Counted from the whole stretch's first letter, positions 1-14,430 are shown. The stretch: DNA of 63,520 bases, filler included, from Asterionella formosa (GCA_002256025.1; 7 parts of 7 records of this genome joined end to end with filler, not necessarily neighbours in it), one strand, 5' to 3'. The notes: a model not told the origin generated them from the letters alone. A program made the numbers and translations.

Positions 1-8
1 TTCTTTTT

Positions 9-680
9 CTACAGACAATCAATCTGTTTTTGGCAGGGCAGGGTTGAACCTTGGGAATAATGAAATGCGTCGTGCTCTGCCTGTGTCAGGACGGCTATCC
101 TATGTCAGGCAGGCTATCAATAATTTGTTATTCGCATTGTTGAAAGGATTCCTCTGGTGCATAGGGGACAAATATATACATGGTAAGCAAGTGCAATGTT
201 TTCTTGCCTTCTGCTGATATTGTTTGCTGTTGCTTGTTGTGGGAGGATCTCCTCTCCTATTCTCCTTCGTCTTTGTTCGGAATTGTTAGCGCAGGCATTG
301 CCTATTTGTAATGAATTAGAAGAAGGGCTTGATTTTGTGCATGTTAATTGTTGATCACGAACTTACTCTGCAAACGCTGTTCTTTGTCTACAGACAATCA
401 ATCTGTTGAGCAAGGGCTTTGTTGGGAATCAGGCGGCATGGTAAGCACAACGAGAACGATGCCTTTGTAACAATTGGTTGTCCCTGAACTCACTCTGCGA
501 CCGTTGTTTACTGATTGCAGACAATCAATTTGATGAGGGCTGGGTTGGACATTGGGGAACATGGTAAGGAGCACAACAGAACCGAAATCATGGCTTCGCA
601 ACTTTTGCTTTCTCATCAACTCACTCTGCAAATGCTGTTGCCCTCTTGTTTCTACAACAGACAATCAATCCGAGCAATGA
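9..680. repeat. Degenerate dispersed/tandem repeat (core ACAGACAATCAATC; last three copies ~130-140 nt apart), probably TE-internal
   Basis: Core motif at ~11, ~389, ~518 and ~656, with shared context (CACTCTGC, GCTGTT, GGGYWGGGTTG, CATGGTAAG). Confidence 0.55.
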
Positions 681-1367
681 GAATGAGCAGCCGGCTCATT
701 TGCTATGAATTGATCTACTGATAGTAGCAACAGGGACTCCTGCAAGTATGAGTAGCCAGGCAATCTTGTGAGTCGTTACAGCATCCAGCTGCAAGAATGA
801 ACATCCATTGCTTGTTGTATTGGTTTGAGAATCACGTTCTATAGAAAGTATCAATATAAACTATATAACAAAGCGATTAATTTGATTGATTTTGCGATTG
901 TAGCTAGAATTCAATTTAAACGTTGATTGGTTAAACATAATTATTTGTTTGACTAGCATATATATTTGTTTAACCTTGAGGTATTAATGTGATCAAAGTA
1001 AAGATAAAATGGGAGCAAACTAACAGAATTAATGGTAGTCAGAGTGAAGAATATTTGTGAACGGAAATGTTGCGAATTGTAGAGAAAAGTACCGTATTAT
1101 AGAGATTATTACTGAACAAATTTTTCTTCGTGTCACAAGAAAATATTGTCAGTTGGCCCCAAAAATTATGTGGGTTTCTAAAATAATTGTGGAAGTTGTC
1201 GAAACTATTTTAGTTCACTCCGTCCATATATATTGTATGATGCATCATATTTTATTGTGATGTCATACCCTTAAATTATGTACGTAGCTAAATTCGTCAT
1301 ATTGGGCCACCCAAATAATTAATTTGGGTGATCATATTTGACTAGCGTTTTTTTTGTGGCGGCTGTA

Positions 1368-2680
1368 CCAGTAATCGGCGTTGTAGATGGGAGTTCGTGA
1401 TCATTTCCGCAATGCGAAGTTTTTATTCGCATAAAGAACAAGCAGTGTTTTGTTGAATGGCTGAAAGTATGTCTATAGTAAACTGTCAAATGCCCTTATC
1501 AAGATTCCATAGAACTATGGACCACGACAATTAGTGCTTACATGAAACTCACTAAAAAATTTACGTAGAGAAATTTGTTGCATCTTGAAATGTTGTATCT
1601 TCTCCGAGAATACTGTTGCTCAAGTTTTCTCATCTATTTTTACAAACATAGATAACCTTATCTAGTCAAAGTTATCAAGCTAATCACCTCGGACTCAAAA
1701 CTGTCTCGTTTTTGGTCATATCTTCAAAACTGAGCAAATGACGACCGACAACAACTTCCAGCGTCGATTTCAACTTTTTGTTATCTAGGTTCAACGATAC
1801 TTTCTTGAAGGCACCATCTGCCAAGCAATTAATGCCACCATTTTTACGGGAGCACCCAGATGATGCTATGGATGCATTTAAAAGATATGGAGTGGTTCAC
1901 TTGAAGGAGCTGTCCATTGAATTGATGCATAGCTATGTGCATGATAGCTTGATTCCAGCGACAATGAAGAATCTGTCCAGGCATTTGACGAACAAGACAC
2001 AACAAGCAACAACAATTTAGAGAAAAATTCCTTGACTGCAGCAACAAAGGAATCTTCTCCAAAGAGAAATGGATTGAAGTGTATATCCATGTCTACGATT
2101 GTACGCTGGATGCATATTGTTGGATTCAGGTACCAAAACAGAGCCAAACACTATTTTGTAGATGGTGGTCATGAGAAGGCCACAACTTTGGAGTATAGAC
2201 CAGCAAATACAAAGAGGTATCTTGATTTGGAGGTACATTGATTTGGAGGTACATGCACACAGATGGATTCAGTTCAGTATTGATGAGTCTAAGATACTAG
2301 AGGTACAAGGTTATGTAGCAAAAGATACATGTTGATAATGTTGGGAAAATGCCAGATGTTCAGTATGGCGGCAACCCAAGAGTCAGGAAGTGTCTCGATG
2401 ACCCTGTGGTTGTACAAAACAATGAATCCTTAAAACATGGGGTAATCCGTGTTCTGGCAATATTTTCGTCGATTGCTTTCAACCAATATTTTAGGAGAGA
2501 CGAATTGCTATAAACTTATATCTAATGGCATATCCTTAAAGCATACGTGGTCAGGATTTGGGTCGAAGTTTTAAAATTAACATATTGGCATTTGGTGGGA
2601 TCAAACCGTGTTTTTCTCCTCTTCAGTGGGTCACAGCGGTTCCAAAATTTTTTTAGTGGGTCACAGCAGTTTTTTACTGG
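1368..2680 (+). mobile_element. Decayed TA-flanked DNA transposon (IS630/Tc1-related) with transposase remnant
   Basis: Ends read TA|CCAGTAA ... TTACTGG|TA. Subterminal AGTGGGTCACAGC occurs twice near the right end. Broken ORFs 1778-2241 encode PPFLREHP..LSIELMHSYVHD and TIVRWMHIVGFRY..YFVDGGHEK..EYR, resembling the 'WLxxLGF..YxDGHE..EYR' Tc1-like transposase N-terminal region. Confidence 0.65.
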
Positions 2681-4111
2681 TACCAGGCACCGGTATTTAT
2701 ATTATAGGTGTTAAGTAGACATGGTGCTAAAAAAGATACCATCGGAGGTGCAGTGTCCAGCCAGAACAAAAGGAACAACACCCGGAATTCCAACGTGGTC
2801 CCACACCATAGTACTAACCGGGACCAATGATGCTTATCCTCGCAGAGCAGATGGGAAGCGGTATCGTCATCATGGTATGGTCATTCCTATCACTTGGACA
2901 AATTACAAAATATTTAAATGCAACACTAATCGATTTCCTTCAAGAATCAGGACTACTACATTTTTCATAAAAAAATTATCGACAGCCAGCAACAGTACAA
3001 GCTTGGAGGACTAGATATATATTAAAACTTTGCTGTAAGTTAGAGTCTATCATTGTTGTGGTGTCCTGAACAACTATTTAGTGTTACTTGCTTCTCCCAT
3101 ATTATTGTGGGACTATAGTGTCTTCCTTGTTATCCCCACCAGCAGCCATCACACAGTTCAGAAAGCAAATACTGGAGAGTAAATTGTTGTAACTCAAATC
3201 CTTGAATATGGAGAATTCTCATTCTGGCAGGCTGTCTTTCAAACCAGGCTTGCTTTCAAAGCAAATTGGAATTTCCCCCACTCTCCTTCAATTGTCCCTT
3301 ATCAGCATACAAGAAGGGCCTCATTATTGATTGGAATGTTTATCATAGTGGCAGGAAATGTAATCGAAATCTCCATAGTACGATCCAGCAAATACCTGCT
3401 GGACCCACCCACTGATTTGCTGTCTCAACCTGCAAATAGTACACTCAAACAACACCAGCGTCCAACAGGACTGACTTCTTGTTCCATCATGGTGGTGCAA
3501 CATTCCAAGAATCTCCTTGTGACAAACTTTCAAAGAAAATCTTTATATCTCATGGAAATCTTAGGTTGCCTCTGTCCCAAGAATGAATAAGCAATCCTCA
3601 TCAGTAATGCAGTCATGCACTCTTGTCTAACTATCCATAATCCAGACAATTTCTCAAAAATAAAAGCATATGGAACATACATTGACAAGGTGCCATTACT
3701 CAAATTTCTTTGCATAATTGCCCAAACTTGTTGACTCTTGCCCAATCTACACTCAATTAATCTTTTTGGTGTTTGGATGACTCAGCAATCCTCTGATGAG
3801 TTTAATAAGAGGAAATCAAAGAAGGAGGATGATTAGAAAAATGGAAATATTATTATCATCAATATTCACGAAGACAGTTGATGGCAGGCTGCCAGAAGTA
3901 AAATGATATTCCAGTACTAGTTCATTAATGACAATAGATCAATCCACCAAGAGTGGCAAGATATAAGCAGAAAAATTCCTCACAAGTACTACTATCAGGT
4001 GAACAAGACTTTTGGACGTGTTATAGAAAATAAATGATTTTCCTAGCTATTATGTATGATTTTTGTTGCAAAATAAAGATAAAGAGGATACTACTAGTTG
4101 CTCTCAATAGA

Positions 4112-5794
4112 TTACAATCGAAATCTGGCACCCTCATGACCTGTTGCTCGATAATCTGGACTAATGCACAACAATCGTTTAAGCAATTCCAACAAGGGCT
4201 GATACTCTCGAATCAATCCTTCCAATGGTCTCATTTTTTCAACATAATGTCTACTGTCTGTTGGTAATATATGTTTGCGATGACGCCCACGTTTATCAAA
4301 GGCTTGGTCTACCAATTCCACATTCTTGGCTTCTTGTAACATCCAATGAGGGAAGGGACCAATAATGGTTTCAATCAATGCTAAATGTTCGACTGTATCA
4401 TGTGTTGCAAATAGCAAATCACCAATGTACAACTCAGCTAAAATGCATCCAGCTGACCACATGTCAGAGGGCATGGACCATCCCATTTCCAACAAAACTT
4501 CTGGTGCCCGATATTGCCGTGTTGCCACAATGCATGATTTCTTGTCCTTGTCATATGTGGCTCCACCAAAATCAATGACCTTGACTTTGGTCGATTCAGG
4601 TATCTTGTACCACCGTCCATGGTATTGGTAGGGTACTTCTTTCACTGTCGTGAGTAATATATTTTCAGGTTTCAAGTCTGTATGGACCAAGCCAAAGGAA
4701 TGCATAAATTCCAAAGCCTCCATAAGTTGTTTTGCAAAGTCTCTGACACAACATGGTGGGAATGGCTGATAGTTGTGTTGCTTCATATAATCGTACAAGG
4801 ACAAACCAAGGTTTTCAAATACCATGCAGTAATGTGAATTCCAAGTAAACGATTGAAAGAGTATGGCACAATGAGATACTCCCCTGCCTCCTTTTCTATT
4901 AACATGCTTGACAATATCTGCTTCCACCAAGGCACTGTCATAATATCGTTTGACATTACGAACAATCTTAATGGCAACTAGTTGTTGTTGCTGATCGTTG
5001 GATCGTCGATGGGAAAGATCCAAACATTCCACCACACGACCAAAGGTTCCCATCCCAACATCTCGAAGGATCCGATATCGTTGATTAATGACAATCCCAT
5101 TTCCTCCTTTAAAGTGCCCAACCGTATCGTCTTTCCTTGACGACGAAGATGAGGACGACGAATTATGTTTAGTATTATGATTGTTCACTGTAATGATACC
5201 ATGTTCATCGTCACTGACAATGAATCCTGCCTTGTTTTTGTGATATGCTTCTTGTGATGTACTACTCCTACTCCTGCTCCGACCCCTATAACGTCGTCTG
5301 GGGGACAATCGTCGTTCTTGTCGACGATGATACTGTTGTTCGTCGTTGTCATATCGACGTCGTTCTTGTCGATACTGTTTTTCGTGCGGTCTAATGTCGG
5401 TATCTTGTGCTTTCCTTGATTTCCAATCTTGAAATGGTGATGATCCTTGTCGTTGTCGTTTACCTAACGAATCATCCTGTCGATGCTGATGGCAATACCG
5501 GTGGGGCTGTCGCTGATAATGATGAACATAATGCTCGTCGTTGTCACTGGAGGAATACCTAAGGCGACGGCGCTTATTTGTTCGTTCTTGTTGTTCGGAG
5601 TAGTAATGAGAAGGAGAATTGTCCCGTTGATGTCGATGAGTAGCAGTAGTAGTAGCAGTAGTAGCATTCCGATCGTCGTTCATGTTGGAGTCGTCGTTTC
5701 GTCGCCCTCGTCGTCGCCGTCGTCGTCTTCCTCGTCGACTTTGATCCATGGTGGTGACTAGCTTTTGTAATGATGAAATAGTATGATTATGCAC
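4112..5794 (-). CDS. LAMMER/CLK-family dual-specificity protein kinase with R/S-rich N-terminus
   Basis: GMGTFGRV, VAIK, HTDLKPENILL, DFG, VATRQYRAPEV and the LAMMER-like EHLALIETIIG motif; start may be M at 5749. Confidence 0.93.
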   Translation of the reverse strand: MHNHTISSLQKLVTTMDQSRRGRRRRRRRGRRNDDSNMNDDRNATTATTTATHRHQRDNSPSHYYSEQQERTNKRRRLRYSSSDNDEHYVHHYQRQPHRYCHQHRQDDSLGKRQRQGSSPFQDWKSRKAQDTDIRPHEKQYRQERRRYDNDEQQYHRRQERRLSPRRRYRGRSRSRSSTSQEAYHKNKAGFIVSDDEHGIITVNNHNTKHNSSSSSSSSRKDDTVGHFKGGNGIVINQRYRILRDVGMGTFGRVVECLDLSHRRSNDQQQQLVAIKIVRNVKRYYDSALVEADIVKHVNRKGGRGVSHCAILFQSFTWNSHYCMVFENLGLSLYDYMKQHNYQPFPPCCVRDFAKQLMEALEFMHSFGLVHTDLKPENILLTTVKEVPYQYHGRWYKIPESTKVKVIDFGGATYDKDKKSCIVATRQYRAPEVLLEMGWSMPSDMWSAGCILAELYIGDLLFATHDTVEHLALIETIIGPFPHWMLQEAKNVELVDQAFDKRGRHRKHILPTDSRHYVEKMRPLEGLIREYQPLLELLKRLLCISPDYRATGHEGARFRL

Positions 5795-7699
5795 CGGTCT
5801 GTTCGATGAGGGACTCTATATTTTATTTCATACCATCGTCAAGGCATTGCTTCTTATAGACTACTGTCATATTTTATCGTCAACAGATCTACCGTATATA
5901 CTACCGGTATATGTAAAGTTCTCGTCAACGCTTTATTACCAGTGGTATCGTCCATTCCTTTGTAAAATATGTACCGGTAGCTAAAAATATGTGTACAGTA
6001 CCTATACGATACCGATGCGTGGGCTTCCTGATCGTACAGACATACATACTACCGGTATGAAGTATGTATGTATTACATCTGCCACTGCCGTGTTACCAGT
6101 ACCAGGTGCTCCCTACCTGGTAGCAACAGCACACAGACACAAGGATTGATCTTGCTGTGTGGGACCTCTCGTCACAAGAAGAGCAAAATCATTTTCCGGG
6201 TATATCTTCAAAAAGCAAGGAAGAATTTTATTAGAAAATCATTTGCTTCTTCTCCTCGTCGTCTTCCTCTCACCAACCTTTTGTTTGCATCTGCTTATGC
6301 GGAAAATAAAATCGGGCGTTGCTTTGATGCATATATATATATATGTATACTATGATTGCGTTAGTGATGAATCCTTGAGCCATCAATAAGCGTTGCTCGA
6401 TGCAATGCTGGTACAGTTTAATTTCCTTTTCGAGTCCAATTGTGTCCTTCCATTCACTCAAATGGATGTACTGAATCCTCCTGCTGTATTCTAATTCGAA
6501 CAACAGACTGGTAGGAGTACGAGATGAGAGAGAAGGAATTTTGTGAAAGTTTATTTCATTTCCTGAATATCAGGAAATCTCTGATCTTGAGACAAATCTG
6601 ATTCGATCGGATTTGGACAATGGTTGCTGGGCTGCGACTCGCCCATTGACAACATTAGACGACGACGCCATGACTGGAAAACTGTCGTTCGGGTGCTTCT
6701 ATTGGAATGATTTCATGCTTTTCATTGTTCAGCTACTTATGAATCTTGCTAAAAGTCGCCTTTGACATCCATCGACATCGTCAATAATAAAGATGCTGTC
6801 AAGAAATTGATGCATTTCAACAATCGAGAAAGTCCCAAGTTCCCTATCAGATGTAATAGCCTCCACCATTGTCTCGTCAATAGTCTCAGTGTTGTTGTCA
6901 TCAACCAAGACAATCCCAACAAGATTTTAACATAAAGAAGAGATATAGTCAGTCAGTAGTAGCCTTGTTCAGATCGAGTGCAGACAGTACATTTACAATA
7001 GCACTCACGCTGGCATCTATCCTTCATACAAACTAGTTTCCTGTCTTTGTTGCTGGAAATGTATGGAGCAACCTTTTTCACAATGACACCATCCACCATT
7101 GCCTTGATTCACATTCATTGCAATTACACTTGAGAGCAAACAATAACACAGCCTTCATACCATACCTCTTCTTGAGAACAAACACAAACAAGGCCAAAAT
7201 GAAGATCCATTTCTCAATTCTCCCCACTATTTCTCCAAACACTTCCCCCAACACAGCCCCTGACACAAAACTCAACCCTACGACCAAATCCACCCCCAAC
7301 ATGAGCAACACTTCAACTTCCCCCAACCTGGCCCTCGACACATGTGCCAACAAGTACGACAACAAAGCCCCTGACAATTATTGGTGTGTGCATGACATGA
7401 GGATGGAACTTTCTTTGCTGGTGTACATATCTTTCTTGCGCGCCAAAAATGCAGAACCAAGGTGAGCAATTTAATTATATATACTTTATTCGGGTATATA
7501 TATAATAAATATAGTCGATGCAAATTTATTTATTTTTTTAGCTTTAGTTATTATGAAACAATCCATTTCATGCTTTATTTCCAGTTTTCATTATTTCTCG
7601 TTGGACTTGTCGATGCAATCGACCCCAGCAATCCTACAACAGTAGGTCCATCCTCTTGCTCTTCTAAACTACCACCACCACCGCTACTGACACTAAATT

Positions 7700-10600
7700 A
7701 TGTTGAAAACTAACAAGCAAATCAAAAAGAAACCACCAATATCATTGCTCCTTTCATCATCAATGAAACGGAATCGAGAAGCGCCTGTTTCAGCAACTAC
7801 TTTGTTATTGGAATCCATGTTGAATAAGTCTATTGACAGCACCAAGAAAGTTTCTAACAAACGATTGAAAACAAGACACATTCAAAGTGACGCAACAATG
7901 ACATGTATCAATAAAGACAACGCACCCACTGTCATTCCAACAACCAGACTTTCCATGTTGCATGGCAAACAGAAAAAGACTTTGCTCCGAAAAGCAGTAC
8001 TCATGAACGAACAACAACAACGACAGCAGCAACAAAAGCAAAGACCCGTTCAAGTGAAGAATCGGGCAGTAGTTACGGATAGTAGTGCCTCTGCTACAGC
8101 GACCAAGGACAACAACACTCCTACCACAATCCATGCCCGTCATGACGTGCAACGACCTGCTCGTTTCTCTCTTCAGATTCAACGAAAGCAGCATACTATC
8201 CAAAGATCTCGTATTCGATCGACTACTGCTACTGCTGCTGATATAGGCTGTCAAATGACACCATATTCTTTTCAACATCACACTAATGAGGAACAGACGA
8301 TTCTACCACCGGTGTCCTTGGATACCACCATGACACTCAAACCTATCCTGTCCAACACAACAACAACCGTAACAACAACTGCAAAAAAACCATGGGCAAG
8401 TGCTATGGAACAAGCGGCTACCACCATTATCGCTCGTCAGCAACCACAACCACCATTGTCTGTTCTAACGTCCTCTTCCAATGACAATTTTGTTAAACTC
8501 AATTTACGCAATACAGCAGGTGCATGTCGTGGAGCTAAGACAAGGAAAACAAAATCATTTCGTCATTACTCTTCATCTCATGATTCATCCAGACAACAAC
8601 AACAACAACAACAAAGAGGAGGAATGACAGCATGTGGTGAGGAAGTGGCACAATCCAACATAAAACGACGTGTGGCCTCGTCGACTAGTAGTAGTAGTTA
8701 TCGAAGTACTGCGATACTTGATCCATTGGATGACTTTTTGGATGGAACATTTCAATCCACAACAACAACGAAACCAAAGACACTTGTGCCTGTTTGTGCC
8801 AGACACGCACGTCCATGTCAATTGCACCGCGTCAAGAAAAATACAAGTGGAAACAAAGGCCGCCAATTTTATTCTTGTGGTATGCCACGAGGTGAACAAT
8901 GCAACCATTTTGAGTGGGCTGAAAATACACTTGCAGCAGCACAACAACAATTGGTATTGAATCATCGAATAACTGGATTTGTGGCACGACAAGTGGCATC
9001 CTATATGGACCGATTCAAGACCCTGACAGTCCCAGAATTGAGACAAGAAACCAAACGACGGGGATTGGATGGAACTGGAAACAAACAACCTTTGCTGCTG
9101 AGACTATCATTGTGGGTACGCGATGAAGTATGTAAAGCAACACTAGCCACCACCGCAGAAGAATGTGATCCTACTGAACCTATGGAGGAACAACCTCGAG
9201 AGTTAGTAGGCGACGACCATGACTACGCTGACGACAATGATTCCAGTGAATCAGAACTGGAGATTGAGGGTGAAATGGTGACTGCTGCTGATTCCGACGA
9301 GGACGACGACGAATCGGTTCAAAGTTTCGGAGCACACGACAAATGTGATGGAATTGTACAGGACGATATGGAGAGAACCTCTACCTCATGTCGAGCAACA
9401 CTGTCACCATTGCAGCAATCGCTATTTGAATTGTTCGGATATTCATCGTTTAGAGATGGCCAAGAGTGGGCTATCGGTCGTTGTCTGAATCGCCAGCGAA
9501 CTCTGCTGGTCGCTCCTACTGGATTTGGAAAGTCACTTTGCTACTCATTGCCAGCTTCGATGATGGAAGGAACTTGCATCGTAATATCTCCTCTTATTTC
9601 TCTCATCGAAGATCAACTTATACATTTACCACCCAGAATTCCTGCAGCCACGCTTTCTGGTGGTATGGCAGCAGCCAAACTCGCTGCAGTCATCGACGAC
9701 GTCCTTCGGAACCGAATCAAAATTCTGTTTGTGTCTCCTGAACGTTTGACAACTGCATCTTTCCGGCGCCTATTCCGACCAAAGTGGAATGAGGAGACCA
9801 AGGCTATGGAGCGACCGTTCCCAACTGTTTCTCTGCTATGCGTGGACGAAGCTCATTGTTTATCACAATGGGCACACAACTTCCGACCCTCGTATCTCCG
9901 AATTCGATCCCTCATGGACCTCATCCAACCCGCAAGTGTACTGGCCGTTACTGCCACTGCTGGTCCTAAAGTAATTGATGATATTTGTAGATCACTTCGG
10001 ATCCCTCGCGGAGAAGAAGTCACAACCAAAAACACTGAGGAAGGGTGTGATTGCGGTGTCAAGATTCTTGGTTGCGATCGAGACAACATTGACGTCGCTT
10101 GCGTTGTCATGGCGAGTGAAGAGTCAAGATTGCACATGGTACGCTTTTGAATGTGTTGTTCAACAGTGTCTTGATTTTTTGATCTAATATTGATGTCACT
10201 CTCGCTCACACACACTCTCGCTGTTTGTTTGAGTAGCTCTCAAAACTCATGAGCGAATGCAGCATAAAGAACAAAACTGTGGGTCCCCTGGATGACGGCA
10301 GTCTGTCTAAGGGAAATATCATCATTTATGTATGGCGAAAGAGAGATACCGAAGTCATTGCTGAAACGCTCATTGCATCTGGAATATCTGGAGGGGTCGT
10401 GGTGTATCATGGGGGTATGGACGCTGCGGCACGTTCCAAGGCCCAAAGCAGGTTCATGCGAGGAAAGGCAAGAGTGTGTGTATGTACAGTTGCATTTGGT
10501 CTTGGTATCAACAAATCCGACGTCGATGCTGTTATTCATCTGAATCTTCCAGCGTCACCAGAGCATTACTTGCAGGAGATTGGAAGAGCTGGACGAGATG

Positions 10601-11856
10601 GGCGTGCCGCCAAAGCAATTGCTCTTGTTCTACAGAATGAAGTCGTAGTTCGTCACTCTTTGGGACACTCAGATTTGATTTCCGAAAGCCAAGTAATGAC
10701 GCTGTTAAGGATATTGCGGGCTGCTGTTCAGTCTGCCTCGTTAGACATGACTCAATCAAGTGGAATTGCTAAGGAGGTCACGATCGCGGGAACACTTCAT
10801 GTCGCTTTGCCACTTGATTCTACAGTGGCTGCTATTGATTTGAAGGCTGAATCTGTCGAAACTTTGCTTTCGTTGATGGAAGAGCATTGTCCCGAAGATC
10901 CCTTAATTCGAGTGGAAGGCAAATTGAATGACCTTGTTACTATCCTTCTGAAACGTCGACATTTGCACAAGCTTGCTGTGGTTGAGCATGTCGCTACGTG
11001 CATCCAAACGTGTGGGCGACGCATTGACAACGACATAAAGAAACCAGAAGACGAAGATGCTTTTAGTCGTAGAGCGGCTCTTGAGGCGTACAGCTTTGGA
11101 TTGTATGAATTTTCAGTGACTAGATGTGCCACCTTGTTAGGGCCACATGCAGAAGCACGACATGTATTTGCCGCATTGCGCCGACTTCAGAATTCTGGAG
11201 AGATTGAGTTATCATTTCCGCTTTCTTCATTGGCCTTGCAAGTTAAAGTTGAAGAAAAGGGAAAGGCTTTGTTTATTGCCAACGACGATGCATTGCACAG
11301 TCTAGCCATAGAACTTACCAGGCAATCTGGTGATCATGTGAACACTGGTGCCCAGAAAGTGCTGGACATCAATGATATCCTTGCGGAAGTCTCCGAGGTG
11401 CAAGATGATCCCAAGAGTAGTGAAACAGAAAATATTACACCCAAATCCGCACGACTAGTGCGTTTTCAGAATCTTATGAATCAAAAATTCGCCGAACCCA
11501 ATACAAATGAAAGCTCTGCGGCATTCAAGACATTGAGTGCAAGTGATGAAAGGAATGTTGACTTCGATTCGGTATCTCTGTTAAGAGATCTTTTGAGTGC
11601 AAGGCTTGAACGTTCTTCAGATATCCGTACTGATTTATCAGTGACTCTATGTGAAATCCAGTTTCCTGACTATACTGCAATATGCCTTACTAAATTCTTT
11701 CATGGTATTGCCATGGTCCGCACGCCATACTCTAATTTTGCCAGTCATCCTTTGTTTGGAAAATGGAAACATGTCCAGTTTGATTCTGTTCATTCGTCAG
11801 TCAAAAGTGCGATTTCAGCAATTGCACTTGAAGCGTCACGTAGTACTCTAAAGTAG
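7700..11856 (+). CDS. RECQL4: RECQL4-like ATP-dependent DNA helicase, 2 exons (7700-10138, 10237-11856)
   Basis: APTGFGKS, VDEAHCLSQWAHNFRPSY, TATA, TVAFGLG, QEIGRAGRDG; RECQL4-type NDNFVKLNLR and C-terminal KFFHGI motifs; phase-0 GT..AG intron 10139-10236 joins the two ORFs in frame. Confidence 0.88.
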
Positions 11857-12077
11857 AAACTGCAATGATAATAAGGTTCATGATTCCTCTTGCTAGACCC
11901 TTTTCTTACGTATTCTTATGTAAAAGTTTATGAACTTTAGGTTTTTATTGAATAACGGAATATTTGTTTCAAAATATATTATTTGGACAATATGAATAAC
12001 TTTTCGTTTCCGGGATAGAATGTGCAGCTTCAGTAATTTTTCTTCCTTTTGATGAGGCCCTCCTTGCTATACTCGCT

Positions 12078-14430
12078 TTAGGTATCTTCCTCCGTTTTGT
12101 CACTTGCTGGTGATCCAATGAATTTAATATTTCCAGATGATTTCCGCGAAGCCACCGAATCTAAAGTTGGAACTTCTTCCTCTTCTGATGGTGCCTCACG
12201 TTTGCGTGGACCAGCATGATACGAACCATGACCACCGAGTGCATTAGAAAGGGAAGCTGGTTCAGACGGTGATGCAAACGAGATTCTGCCAATACGCTCG
12301 ATATCGTCTGTAACAGGCTCCACGTCCTCTTCCTTTTTGTTGGCACTCTGAAAGGCCGCAATCAATTTCTTTCTACGGTTATGCTGTCCCTTGGAACGCT
12401 TCGGGTCGGAGTCGCCTCCTGTAATAACTTCATCTGTTGCCTCGCGGAACGTGCGTTCCAGGAAACTGGAAGTTACCAGTGTCGGTGAGTGAGGTGCGTG
12501 GCTGATACCTGGATTGGCTAGACGCTCCACAGCAGATGCATCGACTGCAGAATTGAACTCTTCCCTGGTAAACTGTAAACACCGACATGGGCCACTGCTT
12601 ACATATGCAGTAAAGTCAGGTACATAATTTGTATTCGAGAGTGAAGAGCTACCCAGAACGGACCAAGATGACAAGTCGGTACGGAATCTGTCAGCTCCAA
12701 CAAGGACAGTCACCTTACCACTCAAGATCAGAGTACAAACATTGGTTGGACCGACACCGTTCTGGTACAACAGATCAGATGGAAGATCCAGCCCCACTTC
12801 TTGAACTGCTGTAGGAAACTCAGTAATACTAGTCTCGGAAACCAAACGATGTAATTGCTTGTCTGTTAACAGCTCAACAGCGCTAGAGTAGTTGGTTCTA
12901 AGATGAGCTGTCACTGCCTTGGTCTCGTCATGTGACAGCGTCTCGTCAACAATCTTTGTATCAAGCAAACGCAATCTTCCCCAATCAAAGTTCTCCATTC
13001 GGTTGACCCTAACGGCGTGAGTTCCATCCACAAATGCATCAGTTTCATCGACAATCTCAGCCCCAATAATTTCTTCAATAATATCTTCAAGTGTGATGAT
13101 TCCCACAATCTCATAAAAAGGATCCGTCTCGAGAGTGTTGTTGACGTCTCTCACAAGGGCCATATGTGACCGCCCTTGCTTCAACTCACGAAGTACATCA
13201 CCAAGTGTATCATCGGGCCAAACTACGTGGACACCACGCCCAAAAATTTGAACGAAATTCCGTACTGGAGTCTCATCTTCCGGATCGATAAAGATTAGAT
13301 CCTTCACAAACAGGAGTCCAATGACGTTATTCACTGAGATTTCATAGACAGGAATTCTCGAGTATCCAGTTTTGAAAATCACAGCTATTGTTTCAAAATT
13401 AAGTTTCTCATCGACATTGAGCATGTATGTGTGCACTAAAGGAGTCATGACTTCCTTGACTTTGGTATCCTTATAGTGAGACAACAGTAAAAGGAAACGG
13501 CTACTTGGATGAGCCAAAAAATGGGATTACCTGAAAACTGGAATCAACATACAATCATGCACTTACTTTGTACTTTAATGCTCCTGCCATGGCTCCTGCT
13601 GTTTCATGATCGAACCTTCCTTCCTTGACATGAATTTCCAACAGTTTGCGCATTTCCCCGGATGAATAGGTGGTAGCAAGTTCTTCTCCGAGGGCCATAT
13701 TGAGACAAAAGGACATGGGGCCAGCAACTGGATAAAATACCACAAGAATGATTCGAACCAACGGCACGGTCCAGCTCCCCACTTGCAGGGCATACCTAGA
13801 ACATGCTGCTTGCGGGATAATCTCTCCAAAAATGACAATCGACAGTGTGGAGGAAAGGAACCCCACCACACCTCCAGCCTTGTCGGCCAAAATAATCGAG
13901 ACCAATGAATTGACGGCGACATTCCCTAGTAGCAAGGAACACAAAAGTAAGTTTCCATTCTTCCGAATTGGATAAATTCTTCTGGCAGCAGCTGCATTTT
14001 TCGGATCATCGCCGTCCATGACGATCTCAAGGCCAGTCAAATCCAAGCTCAGCACACCCAATGTCAAGCCCGAGAACAGGGCTGACATGCAAATCAAAAT
14101 CACAACCATCATATACTGTACAGGGACTGGAACTGAACTTATCCATCCAGATCCTCCCGATGCAGGAGTGCAGAAAGCGAGATCAGTGCAGCATGTTTGG
14201 GTGCAGTTGAGATCGGACGAGTTTTGTTGCTGAAGGAAGCGAAGGCTGTGTTCCAGTGCAAATGAGCGCTGACGCAAGTAGGTATAACTAGCAGTATCAT
14301 CTGTTGCGTGAACCGGAGCAACGGCAAATGCCACACCAGTCACGAGCAGAGTGGCAACTCGAATCGGAGCCCGTGTTCTTGTCAGAAACGTCGAGCTCGA
14401 TGGAACGGAAGGAATGGAAGTTGCTCCCAT
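12078..14430 (-). CDS. CNNM/DUF21-CBS domain metal (Mg2+) transporter, 2 exons (14430-13567, 13469-12078)
   Basis: SALFSGLTLGVLSLD, LLCSLLLGN, IVIFGEIIPQA, CBS pair GYSRIPVY..GIITLEDIIEEIIG, CNBH-like C-terminal part; phase-0 intron 13566-13470 (GTAAGT..AG). Confidence 0.93.

Noticed and set aside
3100..3780. Short minus-strand ORFs, possibly a decayed transposase
   Set aside because: Stops in all frames and no motif I can assign with confidence
6270..7465. Possible decayed gene between the kinase and the helicase
   Set aside because: No consistent exon chain; fragments not assignable to a family
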